DNA of 64,000 bases from positions 96,001 through 160,000 of IMG/VR virus record IMGVR_UViG_3300035498_000371; one strand, given 5' to 3'. Below are positions 37,737-51,600 of the stretch, piece by piece. Both the position numbers and the translations under genes were made by a program. This DNA comes from a virus (taxonomy: Duplodnaviria; Caudoviricetes). The stretch's first letter is position 1, and every line of letters starts with the position of its first letter. The notes under the pieces were generated by a model that was given only the letters and a program-made list of their open reading frames with translations, was not told where the DNA came from and ran no database searches.

Positions 37737-38630
37737 ATGAGCAAAATTGACGAACAGACAAGAATTCATATCGAAAATTCTCTTCGAAGAAAGAACGGTC
37801 TAAGTAAAGTAAAGATTGCTGAGAAGTATGGTGTATCTTATAATACCGTTTCTAGAGTAGAAGAAAGTATTGGTTTGAGAGGTGAAAGGAAGCACAGTAG
37901 AAAGATAGCAAAAGATGAAACAAATACTCAGGAAAATCAGAGTATTGAAAATGAACCTACAGTAATTGATGCTAGTTTATCTAGAATTGATTTAGAGGTT
38001 GGCTTAATAGCCGATAGGCATAATATGCCTGTAAATAAGTATGTATTCAGCAGAGCAATGGATTCAAAAAGTATGTTTGATTATGGGTTTATGGATTCAG
38101 TAGTATCTAAATTCTTATTAGAGAATATGTACGACGATAGTGGTAAAGTAAATAAAAATCTCATACTTTATACAACTGGATTAACTTCAGCAACATCATC
38201 TGTAATTAAAATGTGCTCACAGATGGGTATTAATTTAACGATTAAGCATTTTAACACAGATACAAGAGATTATGAATCTCAGATAGTTTTTAGAGATTAT
38301 GGTAAAGATCCAATAACAGCAACATTTCCATGCGCTAATGATAAGATTTACTTCTATGATGGAATTGATACAGATTACATAAATAAAGCCTATAGAGGAG
38401 ATGATGTTTTATTTGTGGTTAAGGATATTAACAAAGATGATTCTATTGTTTCTATTCATGTATTCAAAAATATGGATAAAGCAAAAGAGATATTCTTAAC
38501 TCTTGCAGGAGAATCTTTAGGAATTAATAATAAGAAATGTCTTACATTGGAATATGGAAATATCGGCAGGAAGGGATCTTATGGAAGAAAATCTATTTGT
38601 TTAAGATGCTGTAATTTTGCCGAGTATTAA
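37737..38630 (+). CDS. HTH protein with Rossmann/CARF-like YxTGLT domain
   Basis: SKVKIAEKYGVSYNTVSRV; GLIADRH..LYTTGLT..HFN; early motif 37696. Confidence 0.55.
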   Translation: MSKIDEQTRIHIENSLRRKNGLSKVKIAEKYGVSYNTVSRVEESIGLRGERKHSRKIAKDETNTQENQSIENEPTVIDASLSRIDLEVGLIADRHNMPVNKYVFSRAMDSKSMFDYGFMDSVVSKFLLENMYDDSGKVNKNLILYTTGLTSATSSVIKMCSQMGINLTIKHFNTDTRDYESQIVFRDYGKDPITATFPCANDKIYFYDGIDTDYINKAYRGDDVLFVVKDINKDDSIVSIHVFKNMDKAKEIFLTLAGESLGINNKKCLTLEYGNIGRKGSYGRKSICLRCCNFAEY

Positions 38631-38744
38631 TTTGGATTTTTATAATGATTGCAGGGAGCTATTATAAGCTCCCTGTAGTATCTTTTCATTTTATTTTTTA
38701 ATTTATAGACGTTCCTACATTGACGTAATAGGAGGTGTTTAAGA

Positions 38745-38915
38745 ATGGCTACTAAGACATATAAGAAAAAAGAAGACTTTTTAGATAAACTGATGTCGAT
38801 GACTGATACTGAACTAAATGACTTCATTAAGAAGTATGGTAAACCACCGAAGCCATGTATAATGTGCTCCATAGTGGATAAAAACAAGCCTAAAAGGGTA
38901 TCTGAGGGTGTATAA
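38745..38915 (+). CDS. 56-aa basic protein
   Basis: Not in ORF track: MATKTYKKKEDFLDKLMSMTD..GKPPKPC; RBS AGGAGG; late motif 38716. Confidence 0.65.
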   Translation: MATKTYKKKEDFLDKLMSMTDTELNDFIKKYGKPPKPCIMCSIVDKNKPKRVSEGV

Positions 38916-38998
38916 AAATATACCCTATAATACATATGCATAAAGAATATACGGAACTATATATTCTAAAATATTTCATTTTTAGGAGGTAAATTAAA

Positions 38999-39550
38999 AT
39001 GAGCGATGTTGTAAGAGTTATGGAGCTTGTAAAGACTATTGACCAGAATAGATCACAGGCTTCTGCATCAGCAAAGGACGAAGTTACAGTAATGAGAGCG
39101 ATGCTGAACGATGATTCATATAAGGTAGACGTATATGGTCGTTCAGGAATCGAAGGGCAATTCTGCCCTTACGAAGAAGCAAGAACACTGGCTTCTAATA
39201 TTATTAAGGGCGCAGCAAATATTAGCGGTAATGAAGCTACAGAGCTTGCTAATAACTATGAGTTTGGTAAGCAGGATGCTACTATCATGGTTGGGCTTTC
39301 TAAGGAATTCGTTAATACATACTTAGAGACTGGAAGAAAGCTTCCTCTTGGCGGAAGAGCAACCTCTAATATTTCTATCCAGAAGAAGGTTAAAGAAGAA
39401 ACAGTAAGCAGCTTCCCTGTTAAGGTTGGCGTGAACAGCGACGGAACGGATAAATATGAGCATAGTGCTGGCAAGGTTATTCCTGCGCATGGCAGTCTTA
39501 AAGTATCAAGCCCTGCACCATCATGGTTAAAGCCAGAGGCTAAGAAATAA
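38999..39550 (+). CDS. Hypothetical protein (possible HU-like DNA-binding fold)
   Basis: RBS AGGAGG; YLETGRKLPLG..beta arm..LKVSSPAPSW; hairpin 39576-39599. Confidence 0.5.
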   Translation: MSDVVRVMELVKTIDQNRSQASASAKDEVTVMRAMLNDDSYKVDVYGRSGIEGQFCPYEEARTLASNIIKGAANISGNEATELANNYEFGKQDATIMVGLSKEFVNTYLETGRKLPLGGRATSNISIQKKVKEETVSSFPVKVGVNSDGTDKYEHSAGKVIPAHGSLKVSSPAPSWLKPEAKK

Positions 39551-39657
39551 TATAAAATAAGATTGAATAAGTTAGCCCCCATGGAGAAATCCATGGGGGT
39601 GTATATTTGCAAGTTTGTGACATAATAGTAATTCAAGCAATAAGGAGGTGAACCAAA

Positions 39658-42600
39658 ATGAAAGGTGTCACAAACTATCTTAAGAATGTAACTAAATCTG
39701 TTGCTTTCTCAGCGATGGACGTAGCTAAATCAGATATGGCACCAGATGTCATTGATTTCGCCGAAACTAATAAAGAGCTATTCGTATCAACTTATGCTGC
39801 TCTTAAGAATCCTAAGACTGCTGTAAAGAAATCAGTACAGGCTATTCAAAGTTCTAAAGTTTATCAGGCTGTAGATTATGGAACCAAAAACTTATTCCAA
39901 GATTTAAGGACTGGTAATTTCTATAACAAAGAAAGAATGGCTAGAGACGAGGCTCGTCTTGCAGGTCTTGACGTTGATGACTGGAACGATCTATCAGAAT
40001 TTGGTGTTGATGATGATTGGGAAAGTAAATCCTCAGGAAGCAGTAAATCTGCTTCCGAAGTTACTGCTGGAGATATGGCAATCGTATCTTCTATAGAGGG
40101 TTCTAATGCTGCATTAGCAAATGCTACAGTAAATGCTGTTGTTGGTAGTGCTGATAGTATTAATAAGAATGCTCGTATTAATACAGCTATGCTGTATACT
40201 CAAAATGAAAAACTATTTAATGGTCTTAATAATAGTATTGGTGCTCTTAATAGTACCATGAATGCTATATTTAAGGTTCAATCTCAGGCGCTGCAGAATA
40301 TGGATAAAAACATGTCTACATATTTCACAGAGTCTGTTAAATTAGATACTGAAAGAAATGCTATAATGAAAGAGATGCTGGAAATGCAGAGGAATATGTA
40401 TAAATCAGCATCTGACAAGGAGAGGGAAGCTGCTAATAAACGAAGCGGTTCTAAGAAAAAGTTCCGTTGGGGAGATATTTCTAGCAGCGGTATGCCTGAT
40501 TTGGATAATTATATCTCTTCTGTAAAGAAGAATATTAATGATCAGATTTCAGGTATGGGAATTCCTGGATTCTCTGAAGACTCTAATATGCTAGCATCAA
40601 TGATGGTATCACCAATGAAGTATGTTACCGATTACGTTGTTAGTGGATTAATCCCTGCAACTATCAAGGAAGCTACTAAAGAACTTAACGATTCTATTAC
40701 TGGCATCTTTGGTAATATTATTGGTATGCTCGGTAATGCCAGAGCTAATAACGATGGTGGTATCATGGGCATGATAGCCAAAATATTTGGTGTAAATACT
40801 AGTGTAAACAGAACCATCGATGCTACAAAGTATGAGAAAGGCCCAGTTCCATTTGATGGTCTAACTCGTAAAGCAATTATTGATGTTATCCCTGCGCATC
40901 TTAGAAGAATTGAGGCTGCTCTTACAGGAATGCCAGAGCAGATGTTTGACTATAACTCTGGTAAATGGATTAAAGCCAGAGATGTAAAGAAGCAGTATGA
41001 TGATATTCGTAAGAATGCCATAAGGAGTGGTACATCTGATTTACGTGCTCAGATGAATCCTGCATTTAGAAAAGTTGCAGCAAGTAATAAAGCCGATAGA
41101 GAAGATCTTAATGAAGCATTCAACGAATTAATGGAGTTTATCTATGATAATAATGGTAGATTTAATCCTAATATATCTGCTGCTAAGAATAAAATAGATC
41201 CTGTAAAGTATAGACATCTTGCAAATGATAAGATTTATCCTATAATATGCACAGTATTTAAGAATTTTGCTTCTACTACAAATGAGCGTGGAGAGCAACG
41301 TACAGCGTTCTCTAAAATGCTCGGTATTTCAAATAAAGTTCTTTCTGCTAAAGACGCTGAAGAGAAGCAATATAGAGATATCGAAAATTCTGCTACTAAT
41401 GTAATTAAGCAGCTCATTTCTGAAGGCGGATTCGCTAGTTCAGATAAACATGGAGCTTGGAAGGTTAAGGATAAATCTCATCCAGACAAAGAAACTTTTG
41501 AAGCCTATAATAGTCTTACAAGAGTTAAAGATAGATACGATAATACTGTATTTGATTATTTACAGAATGTAAATAAAGAACTTACATGGATGCGCTTAAA
41601 CTGGGCTCATTCTATTAATATTAATGGGGGAGGAGGATATTCTTCACGTTCTGGTAGAGGTAGAAGAAGTGGTAGAACTGCTTCTCCTATAGTTAATAAT
41701 TCCCCTATGGTTAGCTTTGATAAGATAGATATTCGTAATGCTAATTATAAAGCACCTACAGCTAATAGCAATTATGGAAATGCTGCAGATACAAGAGCAA
41801 CAAATGAAGCTATAAGCAAGATCGAAAAAGGAACTGCTGTTGATTTTAGAGATTTCTCTGTTGATGAACAGCAAGCTTTATTACATTTAGCAGCTCTTAT
41901 TAGAGATAATAATACGAGTGAATATAATCAAGCTACAAGAAATGCTATAGATTCTAATGCCATTTCTAAATTCATCGATCAGCACTTCATTAAAACTGAT
42001 ACTACTACTTTAAGAGATATCGAAAGACGTAGTAGAAAAGCTGATGAAGAAGGTAAGAATACTGATGAGATTGATTACGGTGATGCTAAAGAGAAGAATT
42101 TCGTTACCAAGATCAAAGAAGTAATTGGTCAGTATGGTTCTCTTGGAGGCGCTATCGCTGGTGCTGGAACTGAAGCTTTTAGAAACGTTTTATATACTGC
42201 TGATAAAGCTATATATGAAATGATGTATAAAGCAGAGCTTAAAGTAGACGGCGAAGATGGAGCAAAGAAATATGAAGGTTTCATGGATATGATAGCTGGT
42301 AAAGCTAAAGAAACCTTCGATGGCATAAAGAAATATGCCGAAGATAATATCTTAAAACCATTTAAAGAAAAACTTGGCATTGGTGAAGACTTCAAAGACC
42401 GTTTCAAGAATTCATTCAAGAACATGGCTAAGGCTGGCGGGAAAATGTTTCTTGATGCCAATAAAGAAGTTTATAGACCTCTTTACAATGCCACTATTGG
42501 AGACTGGAAACAAAAGAGCCAAAGCAAAGTAGCAATGGCTACAACCAAGAAGAGGTTGCAAAATAAATACTATAAAACTGGTAATAAAAATTATAAAGAC

Positions 42601-45600
42601 TCAGATGATGAGTATGAACTTGAACAAAGAGCAGCTGTAGTTGGAGCAACAGCAAATGATCTTGCTAGGTTTAGAGATCAAGCTACGACTGAAGATGGTC
42701 AGTATTATCCTCAGATGTATATTGCACTGCTTAACGATTTCTGTAGAAAACACGCTAAGGATGAATATGCAAAAAGAGCAAATACAGACGTATTCGCCAC
42801 TAAAGAAAAACGAGATGCTCGTAATAGAGCAGCTGCTGGCGGTAGAACAAGCATTGATCAAGATGGTAACGTTACTACTAATCGTAAAATAGATAGAGCT
42901 GCAGAGGCTAAATCATTAATTAAATGGGGTAGAGAAAACCGTATTTATGAATATGGAGATGAAGATGGATCAAGTATTATTGCTCGTCTTCAGGCTAATG
43001 GAGTTTCTAATGAAGAAATTGATAAAATGCGTGACGCAGCTTATGTGAAAGTAAATGCTGTAGATGCTAATGGTAAACCTATAGTAAAACGTGAATATAA
43101 TCATGATTTATTTATAGCATCCTTGATCAAGAAATATGAAAGATATGAGCATAGCCTTCATGCTAAAGGAACCATGGGCAAACCATTCATGGGTAAATCT
43201 ATGCTTTCCAAGGGTGAATTGCTATTCAATTCTAAAGGAATGAGTTTAGTAAACAAGACCGATGCTTATAATGTAAATGAACCCACTCATATCTTAAATA
43301 CAGAAGACTCTCATGATTTATTATCAATATTGGGAGCTAAGAATTTAGGACCTAAAACATCTATTCAACAAGCTCTTGGTAAAGAGAAACTTGCTAAGAA
43401 GAAGATTTTCGGTAAAGATAGCGTTGCTAATAATGCCGAAGGTAATATGAAGATAGATGGTAAGGATATATCTCCTAACGATTTAATAGAAACTGGAAAG
43501 AAATACCTGCCTGAAACCCTTGCTGGTAGTAGTATTGGAGGAATTATAGGATTGCTCTTTGGTGCTCCTATATTGGGTGCTGGTATTGGTAGTGCTGCTA
43601 GTATGATTAGCAGTAGTAATACTCTTAAAGATAAATTATTCGGTCAAGTAGGAAAAGACGGAAATAGAGCTGGTGGTATCATATCTAAAGCCACTCAGGA
43701 TACTGTAAAGAAATATTTGCCTGATATGGCTAAATATGGTTTAGCTGGTATTATTCCTGGACTTCTTACTCCACTTGGACCTATCGGTGGTTTGCTTGTT
43801 GGTGGAACCATTGGTATGCTTAAAAATAATGAAAGATTCACTAATAAATACTTTGGAGAAAATGGTAAACTTACCATCGGATCTAAAGAGAAAGAAATAA
43901 TTCAGAAAATGTTCCCATCTGCAGCTAAAGGTGCTGGAATCGGAGCTATTGCTGGATTATTTGTACCTTCACCATTTGGTATTCTTGGCAATGCCGTTGT
44001 TGGTAGTGTAGTTGGAATGATGACTACTACTGATGAGTGGAAAGAAATGATCCTTGGAACTGATATTGGTGGAGTTCGTGAAGGCGGTCTTGTAGGTGTA
44101 CTTAAAGACGCACTTAAACCTATAACTGATGCTTTGACTAATCTTAAAGATAAGGTTGCTCAGGCTGTAGATAATAATATAGTAGATCCTCTAAAAAGAT
44201 TCATGACTCCAGCTATTCATGCTTTACCTAAATTATTAGGCAAAATACCTGCTAAGATTAGTGATAAGCTTGAAGACCTTTATGGAACTTCTGCAGGTCA
44301 AAAAATAAAAACAGCATTGAAACCTGTATCATTCGTTGGCTCTAAAGTTATTGGCGGTGCTGGTAAAGTATTTAATGCTGCTACGACTCCAATGAGGCTT
44401 ATAGGAAAAGCTGGAGATAAAATCAGAGAGAACGCTATTTTAAATAATGAAGCTGAATATATGACAGCTCAAGAACGTATACAGTTCATGAGTGATAAAG
44501 GTAAAGATTATTTAAATAGCGACTTCGATAAAATGCTTGCAGATATTGGCAAGGGTAATGGTGCTATGTCTGTTGATCAGGCTAAAAGCTTAATGAATAA
44601 CCTTAATGTATTAAGGGATAGCGAAGCTGGAATTTCGTCTGCTCAAAATAGAGCATTTAAAGATATTCGTAAAAATCTTGAGAATTATAAAATGGGTAAT
44701 GGTAAATCATTATCTAATACTACTTTAAAGACAGTTAATGATGCGTTAAAGTATAATAATACTGATAAAGCGATTAAAGCTCTAGAAAACTCTGGAATGT
44801 CTAAAGAAGAGTTTAATGCTCTTATGGATGGCGACGCTGGCTTAAGAGGCAAGCTTACAAATTATAGTGATCTCAAAGAGCGTAAGAGAAGACTATTAGA
44901 TACTGATAAGAATGAAGCTAGTAATAAAGTGCAAGAGCTTCTTAAAGAATTTGGCATGGATAACATTGACGTTAGAAATAAACGCGATGTTGAGAAAATG
45001 GCTAAATTATTAAATACTGAAATTGTGAACCGTGAAGCGAATCCTGAATCTATTGAGGGTAAAGAATTATTGCTTAGCGAAGATCGAAATAAGAAGCTTC
45101 AAGAATTACTTGATTCCTTTGAAGAAATGAAAGAAATCATGAAGGGTAATGTTGAGGGTGCTGGTGATAGTACTGCTCAGAACTTCAAGGCTAACGTTAC
45201 TGATAAAGTAAATAACGCTGTTGACGCTTCTAATGAGAAATTCGATAAAGTTTCAGAAAAGGAAACAGCAAAATTTGAAGGTGAGGCATCAGATGAGCTT
45301 AAAGATGAAATGAGTCGTCATTCTGCAAATCCTGTAAAGAATATTGTTAATTCGGCCAAGCATACATCTCAAGCTAAAACTCTAAATGCTGAACAAGCAT
45401 CTGCAGGTTTAGAAAATCTTAAGAGGACTAAACAGTTCATAAAAGCAGGTTTCCCGCTTGAGAATGAAGGAGAAATGATAGGTTATGTAAAGAATCTTAC
45501 TCCTGTTAAATTTACCTCACTTATGAGGATTAGCAAATCTGGAAAGGTGTCTAGATATTTAAAGAGCCCGCAGTGCAATATAAAACTCACTAAGGAAGAT

Positions 45601-48600
45601 GTAGATACAATTACTTCTTTGAATAATAACGAGTTTGCTAAACTTGAATCAAGATGCGCTGGTTATCTCGAAGCTGGTAGATTTGAGTTCAAATCTATTA
45701 AAGAAATTCTTGAATCTGAATATGCTAATGATGGTTATACGAGTTTCGGCAACATGGTTAAAGGCAAGGTAGGTAAAGCCGCAAGCGGTGTTGCTGGGTT
45801 TGCTGGAAAAACTGTAAGCGCTTTAAATCCATTTACTTTAAAGAGTAGGATTAAGAAGAGCTACAGTGATTACATGTCTGATGGCCTGAATGCCGAGCAT
45901 GTTGAAAGTGAAACTGGAGCTGAACCTGTAGCTCAAAATGGTTTAGGAACAATGCTTCTTAAGGGTGTTGGTTCTGTAGCTAAAGGAATTGGAAGCATTG
46001 CAACTAAAGGTATTAAATCTTTATTTGGTGGCGGCAGTGATAGTGAAGGTAGTTCTAAGGGAGCTGCTGGAAAAATGGCTGGAATTCTTTCCATGCTTGG
46101 AGCTAAAGGTCCTGATGCTGGTGGAGGAAATAACTCTATCGGCGATACTAATGAAACTGATAAAGAAGGAGACGGTAGAGATATAACGCAGACTTCTGAA
46201 GGTCCTGCATTTATTAAGCGTGGTACTGATGGAAGTATCGATTATGATACTACTGACTCTAAGACTAAGCAGGTAGTAGAAAAACTTACTGCTAAAGAAA
46301 AGCTAAGCCAGAAATATATGGAAGCCCAATCTAAAGTTGGCGAGAGCTTAAATAAATTATTTGGTGAAGCTGAAGAGGAGAAGAAGACTACTAAGCTTTC
46401 TATGTTATCACTCTTATTTGGTGGTGCTTTGTTAGCTAAGTCTGGTATTCTTGGTAAAATCTTTAATAACGTTATTAAACCTCTATGGGAAGATCATCTT
46501 AAACCATGGATTACTGATACTGCTATCCCATGGATCATCGATACTGGTATTCCTATGATAACCAGTGCCATATCATCTTTAGGTAGTGTAATTGTTGATG
46601 GTATTAAAACCTTCTTCACAACTACTGGAGATGGAGGTTTCTGGGGCATTCTTAGTACAATCTTAAATGTCGGTAATACTGATGGCGATGAGAAAGATTT
46701 GGTAGTGGATACATCTACTAAAGACTCCAGTGAAATGACTGGCATGAAGGATGAGAGTGGTAATACTCTTACATGGGGTGATATCCAGAATCATAATTAC
46801 CAGAAACTCTACAGTAATGATGGAGAGGAAATATACGTAGATGAGAATGGTAATGTAGTTAATGAAGCAGAGAATAATTACGCTGCTAAAGTTGCTGGTA
46901 AGGTTGGTAATGCCGCAGCTCATGCATTTGCTCAAGGCGGAGTTCCACTCGTTAGCACTGCATCTAAAGGCTTATCATTCCTTAGTAAGCATGGCGGTAT
47001 TGCTGGTAAGATTATTGGTACCACTGGTAAGGCCATTACATCCACAGTAGAAGCTGCAGGTAAAGCTGGTTCGGCTGCAACTACTCTTGTAGCAGAGCGT
47101 GCAGCAACTCGTCAAGCTAATAAAGCATTATTATCTGCAGGAGGAACAGTTGCTGAAGAATTACCTACAGTGGGTAGCAAAGTAGTTAGCGCTGTTAAGA
47201 CTGCTGCTACTAATAGTAAAGTAGGTCAATGGATTCAGACTGGTAAAGATCTTAATAAAGCTAAAAGTTTAGGTGGCATGTTTGTAGACAGCGCTTCGAC
47301 AAGTCAAAAGGTTGCAGCTAAAGTTGCTACAGCTACAGAAACTGTTAGTAGTAAGGTAAGCACTATTATTAGTAAATTAGCAGGTGTAATTGATGATTTA
47401 TTCAGTAATAGTACAGTGCTTAAGAAGTTGAAATCTGTTGCAGAAGTGTTGCATATAGATGATGTAACTTCATGGATCAGCAAATTTAAAGATAAGGTTA
47501 CTAGCGTATTCGATGATGCCATTACTAAAGGTGCTGAGAAGGCTGGTTCTGAAACTGTAAAGAAAGCTGCATCAAAATTAAATCTTATTATGACAATTGC
47601 ATTTATAGTTAAAGACTTCCTTACAGGATGTGATCAAGCTGAATCTATACTCGGTGTAACTAACAGTACTATTGTAGAAGAGTTAGTTTCTGGTATCGTA
47701 AATGCATTGTGTAACTTGCTTATTATCCCTGCAATATTCCCTGGAGTTAGCAATATAGCTCAGCTCTTACTTGAATTCTTTGGAGACGATCTTGAAGAGC
47801 GTCAAAAAGAAGCAGATGAAGAGTTAGAAGAATACAGAGAGAAGAATGGTAGCGATATAAGTAAAGAGGATTATCTTAAACAACAATACTCTGTTACTGG
47901 TAAAGTTGGTGCATGGTTTAAGAAAGGCGTAAGCAATATTAAACAGGGTGCTAAGGATCTAGTAAGTGGAGCTAAAGATAAAGTATCTGGAGCATTAAGC
48001 ACTGTTAAAGAAAAAGCAAGCAATGTAAAAGATGCTGTTGTCGATAAAGTTAAGAGCGCTGCCTCTGCAGTTACCAGTGTAGCTAAGAGTGCTGGTGGGT
48101 TTGTAAAGGAGAAAGCTACTAAGACTATAGACTTTGCTAAGGAATTAGGTAGTAAAGTTACATCTGGAGACATCCAGGGGTTAATATCTTATCAAGCTGC
48201 TGGAGAAGATGAAGAAGGCGGAGTAATGAATACTGTCCAGAATATGGCAGGAAATGTAGCTAAGGTTCCATTACTTATTCCTACAGTAATATCCGCCGGA
48301 ATCCATAAAGTAGCAGACTTTGTTACCAATATAGTAGGTAAGGCTAAAGATACTGGTAGCAACTTATTAGATCTTGGTAAACAACTTAGCACTTATATCT
48401 CATCTGGAGATGTAGTAGGACTGATGGGCTTCAATAGTGGAGTTGAAGATACTGAAGATTACACTGGAAGTTTATCTAAATCTACTGTAGGTGGTGCTAA
48501 GCTCTTAGCCTTTATACCAACTATATTATCTATGGTTGGAGGCAAGGTAGGAGAAATAATTGGTAATATTATAGATAAAGCCAAGACAGCTGGTGGTGCT

Positions 48601-51600
48601 ATTGGCGATACAGTAATGACCATGAAAGATTACGTTATCAGTGGTGACGTAGTTGGATTAATGACTCATAAAGTCGATGAAACCGATGATTTTGCTGGAA
48701 AAGTATCAGCAGTAACCGTAGGAATATCTAAAGGTATTATGTTTGTACCAACAATGCTCTCTTCTGGTGTTCATAAAATTGCTGATGCTGTAGAAACTAT
48801 ATTCGGTGGTATCAAGACAGCTGGTGGTGCTATTGCAACAACTGTATCTTCTATGCAAACTTTTGTTACCAATGGCGATATTACAGGTCTTATTAATTAT
48901 GCACCAACAGTAACCGATGATTTTGCAGGTAAAGTATCATCAATAACATCTGTTGTTGCTAAGGGAGTTATGTTTATTCCTACATCTGTATCTGCAGGTG
49001 TTCATAAGATTGCTGATGTTATAACAACAGTAGTTGATGGTATTAAAACTGCTGGAACATCTACTGTAGATACATTACTACAAATGAAAGATTATGTAGT
49101 TGCAGGCGACCCTGATGGATTATCAGCATTCCAACCTGCTACAACTGAAGGTTTAGCTGGAGGTGTAGCTAAAGTAGTATCAGGTGTTGGTAAAGTAATA
49201 CTTACTCCTGCAACGTATATTTCACTAGGCGTTCATAAAGTTGCTAGCGGAATAGAATCTATTATAGAAACTGGACAAACGATTGCCGAAGGTGTTGCTA
49301 ACGTTGGAAGCGATCTTATTGAATTCGTCAAAGAGGGTGATACTGATGGATTATCAGCATACACAATTGGCGAAGGAGATGATTTCTTATCTAAAGCAGG
49401 AGGAGTTGTAACGTCTGTTGCTAAAGTAATTGTTACTCCTGCAACATATATATCTAAAGGCGTACATGCAATATCTGATACATTCCAAGATATTGTAGAT
49501 GAAATCATGAGCGTTAAAGATGATACCGATACTGTAATTCAGCAAGCTAAGGATGGAGAAGTATCTCTATTCTCTAGTGATTATTGGGGATCAAGCGATA
49601 GTAGTAGTTCTGGATTTGTTGGTGCTATAGGTAAGGTATATGGATTTATTACCAAGGTTATAAATGCACCATTCGTTCTTGTATCTAATATCATTAATAA
49701 GGTTGCTGATGCATTCTCTAATATAAAGGATTGGATCGAAGAGAAGTTCTCTGGAGTTAAAGAGTTCTTCGAAGATCCATTATCATTTGTATATAAGAAA
49801 ATTACAGGTAAAGGAACTGTAGAAGCAGATGGTTCATTTGAGAAAGTAGAAACAGATGATACTGAATCTGCTAGCGGTTCTTATGGTAGAGGAATCTATG
49901 GTCGTGGTTACAGTAAACAAATAGATCCTAGTATAAAGAACTATCGCTTTAATAAGAAAGGTGATAGCGAAAAACAAACCATTGGAGATTCTGCATGTGG
50001 TCCAGCTGCAGCTGTAAATGTAATCGAATCATTACATGGTCGCGGAGCTTATGGACGTGGCGGATCTGCTGTATTAAATGCTGCAGGATATGCGCTTCGT
50101 AATGGTTATAAAGAAACTAATGGAGGAACCAAGCCAGGATTCTTTAGCGATTATTTCAATAAGAATGGTTATGGTTCTCAAACAACTTCAAGTCGTTCTC
50201 AGTTATTGAATAATATCAATAACGGGATGCCTACTGTGCTTATGGGTAGAGATGCTAGAGGCGTTTCTTCTTCTACACCATTCGGAAAGACTCCTCATTA
50301 CGTTACCGTTACAGGAACCGATGGTAAGGTAAATGCTATAGTTCAAGACCCTGAGTCTAAAGTAGATAATCAATTATATCCTACAAAATCATTATTAAGC
50401 AAGAGCTCATTAGGTGTATCTGCTTACGGTAAAGGATCAAGATATGGTAGAGGAACCATGTATGGTAGAGCAACTTCTACAAATATTGACAGTATGGTTA
50501 CTGGCAATAATGGATTAGATCTTATTAAATCATGCGAAGGATGGAGATCTACAGCGTATAAACTTGCTGGAGAAACATATTACACCATAGGATATGGTCA
50601 TCATGGAGCAGATGTAAGCGCAGGACAGACAATAACTGAGGCTCAAGGCTTAGCACTTCTGAAAAGTGATCTTGGAACATATGAGAAATCAGTTAGAGAT
50701 AACTGTAAGAGCATAGGATTTACTCCAAATCAAAATCAGTTTGATGCGCTGGTATCTTATACCTATAATAGAGGTACCGGAGGAGCAAAACAGTTATATG
50801 AAAACTGTAAAACCGCCGATCAAATTTCTGATGGCCTTGTTACGTATTGGGGATCTGCTACTAGATATAAAGATTCTCTTATCAATAGAAGGAAGAAAGA
50901 ACAGACGCTGTTCAATTCAACAAGCGAAAACTCAGTTGATTATTCTTCAGTTTCTTCTTCATCTAGTAGTATATTATCTTCAGATAGTAGCAGTTCATCA
51001 TCTTCTTCTGATGGATCAGTTACCAATTCGATAGTTAGCATGTTTGGTAACCTGTTGTCTAACTCTAAGATCGGTAAAGCATTATCGATATTCTCTGGAA
51101 GTTCTAGTAGCAGTAGTAGTTCTTCATCATCTTCTTCTAGCAGTAGCGGAGATTCAACAACTGCATTTACTGGAGGAGAGCCATACACTGGAAATGCTGG
51201 CGGTCAGATTAAGAAACTTCTTACAGCTGCTGCTGGCGAGATTGGTTACCATGAGACTGGTGATAATATCACTAAATATGGAGCTTGGTATCCAATGAAT
51301 GGTCAGCCTTGGTGCGCTATGTTCGTTTCATGGGCAGCAAATCAGGCTGGTATACCAGAATCAATTATTCCTAAATATTCATATTGCCCTACAGGTGCTG
51401 ATCAATTGAAACAGCTTGGAGGTCAAGAAGTATCTGGTGCTAATGCTGGACCTGGAGATATCTTATTCCATTATAATGGATCTAGATATTCGCACACTGG
51501 TATCGTTGAAGACGTATCAGATGGTAAAGTTCATACCATTGAGGGTAACAGTAGCGATCAGGTTATTAGAAGATCTTATGCTACTAGTGCATCTTCTGAG

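Noticed and set aside
38627-38941. 104-aa minus-strand ORF
   Set aside because: Shadow of the plus-strand 56-aa gene, which has an RBS and promoter motif
50941-51150. TCT/AGT low-complexity run
   Set aside because: Encodes a poly-Ser linker between lysozyme and CHAP, not a DNA repeat element
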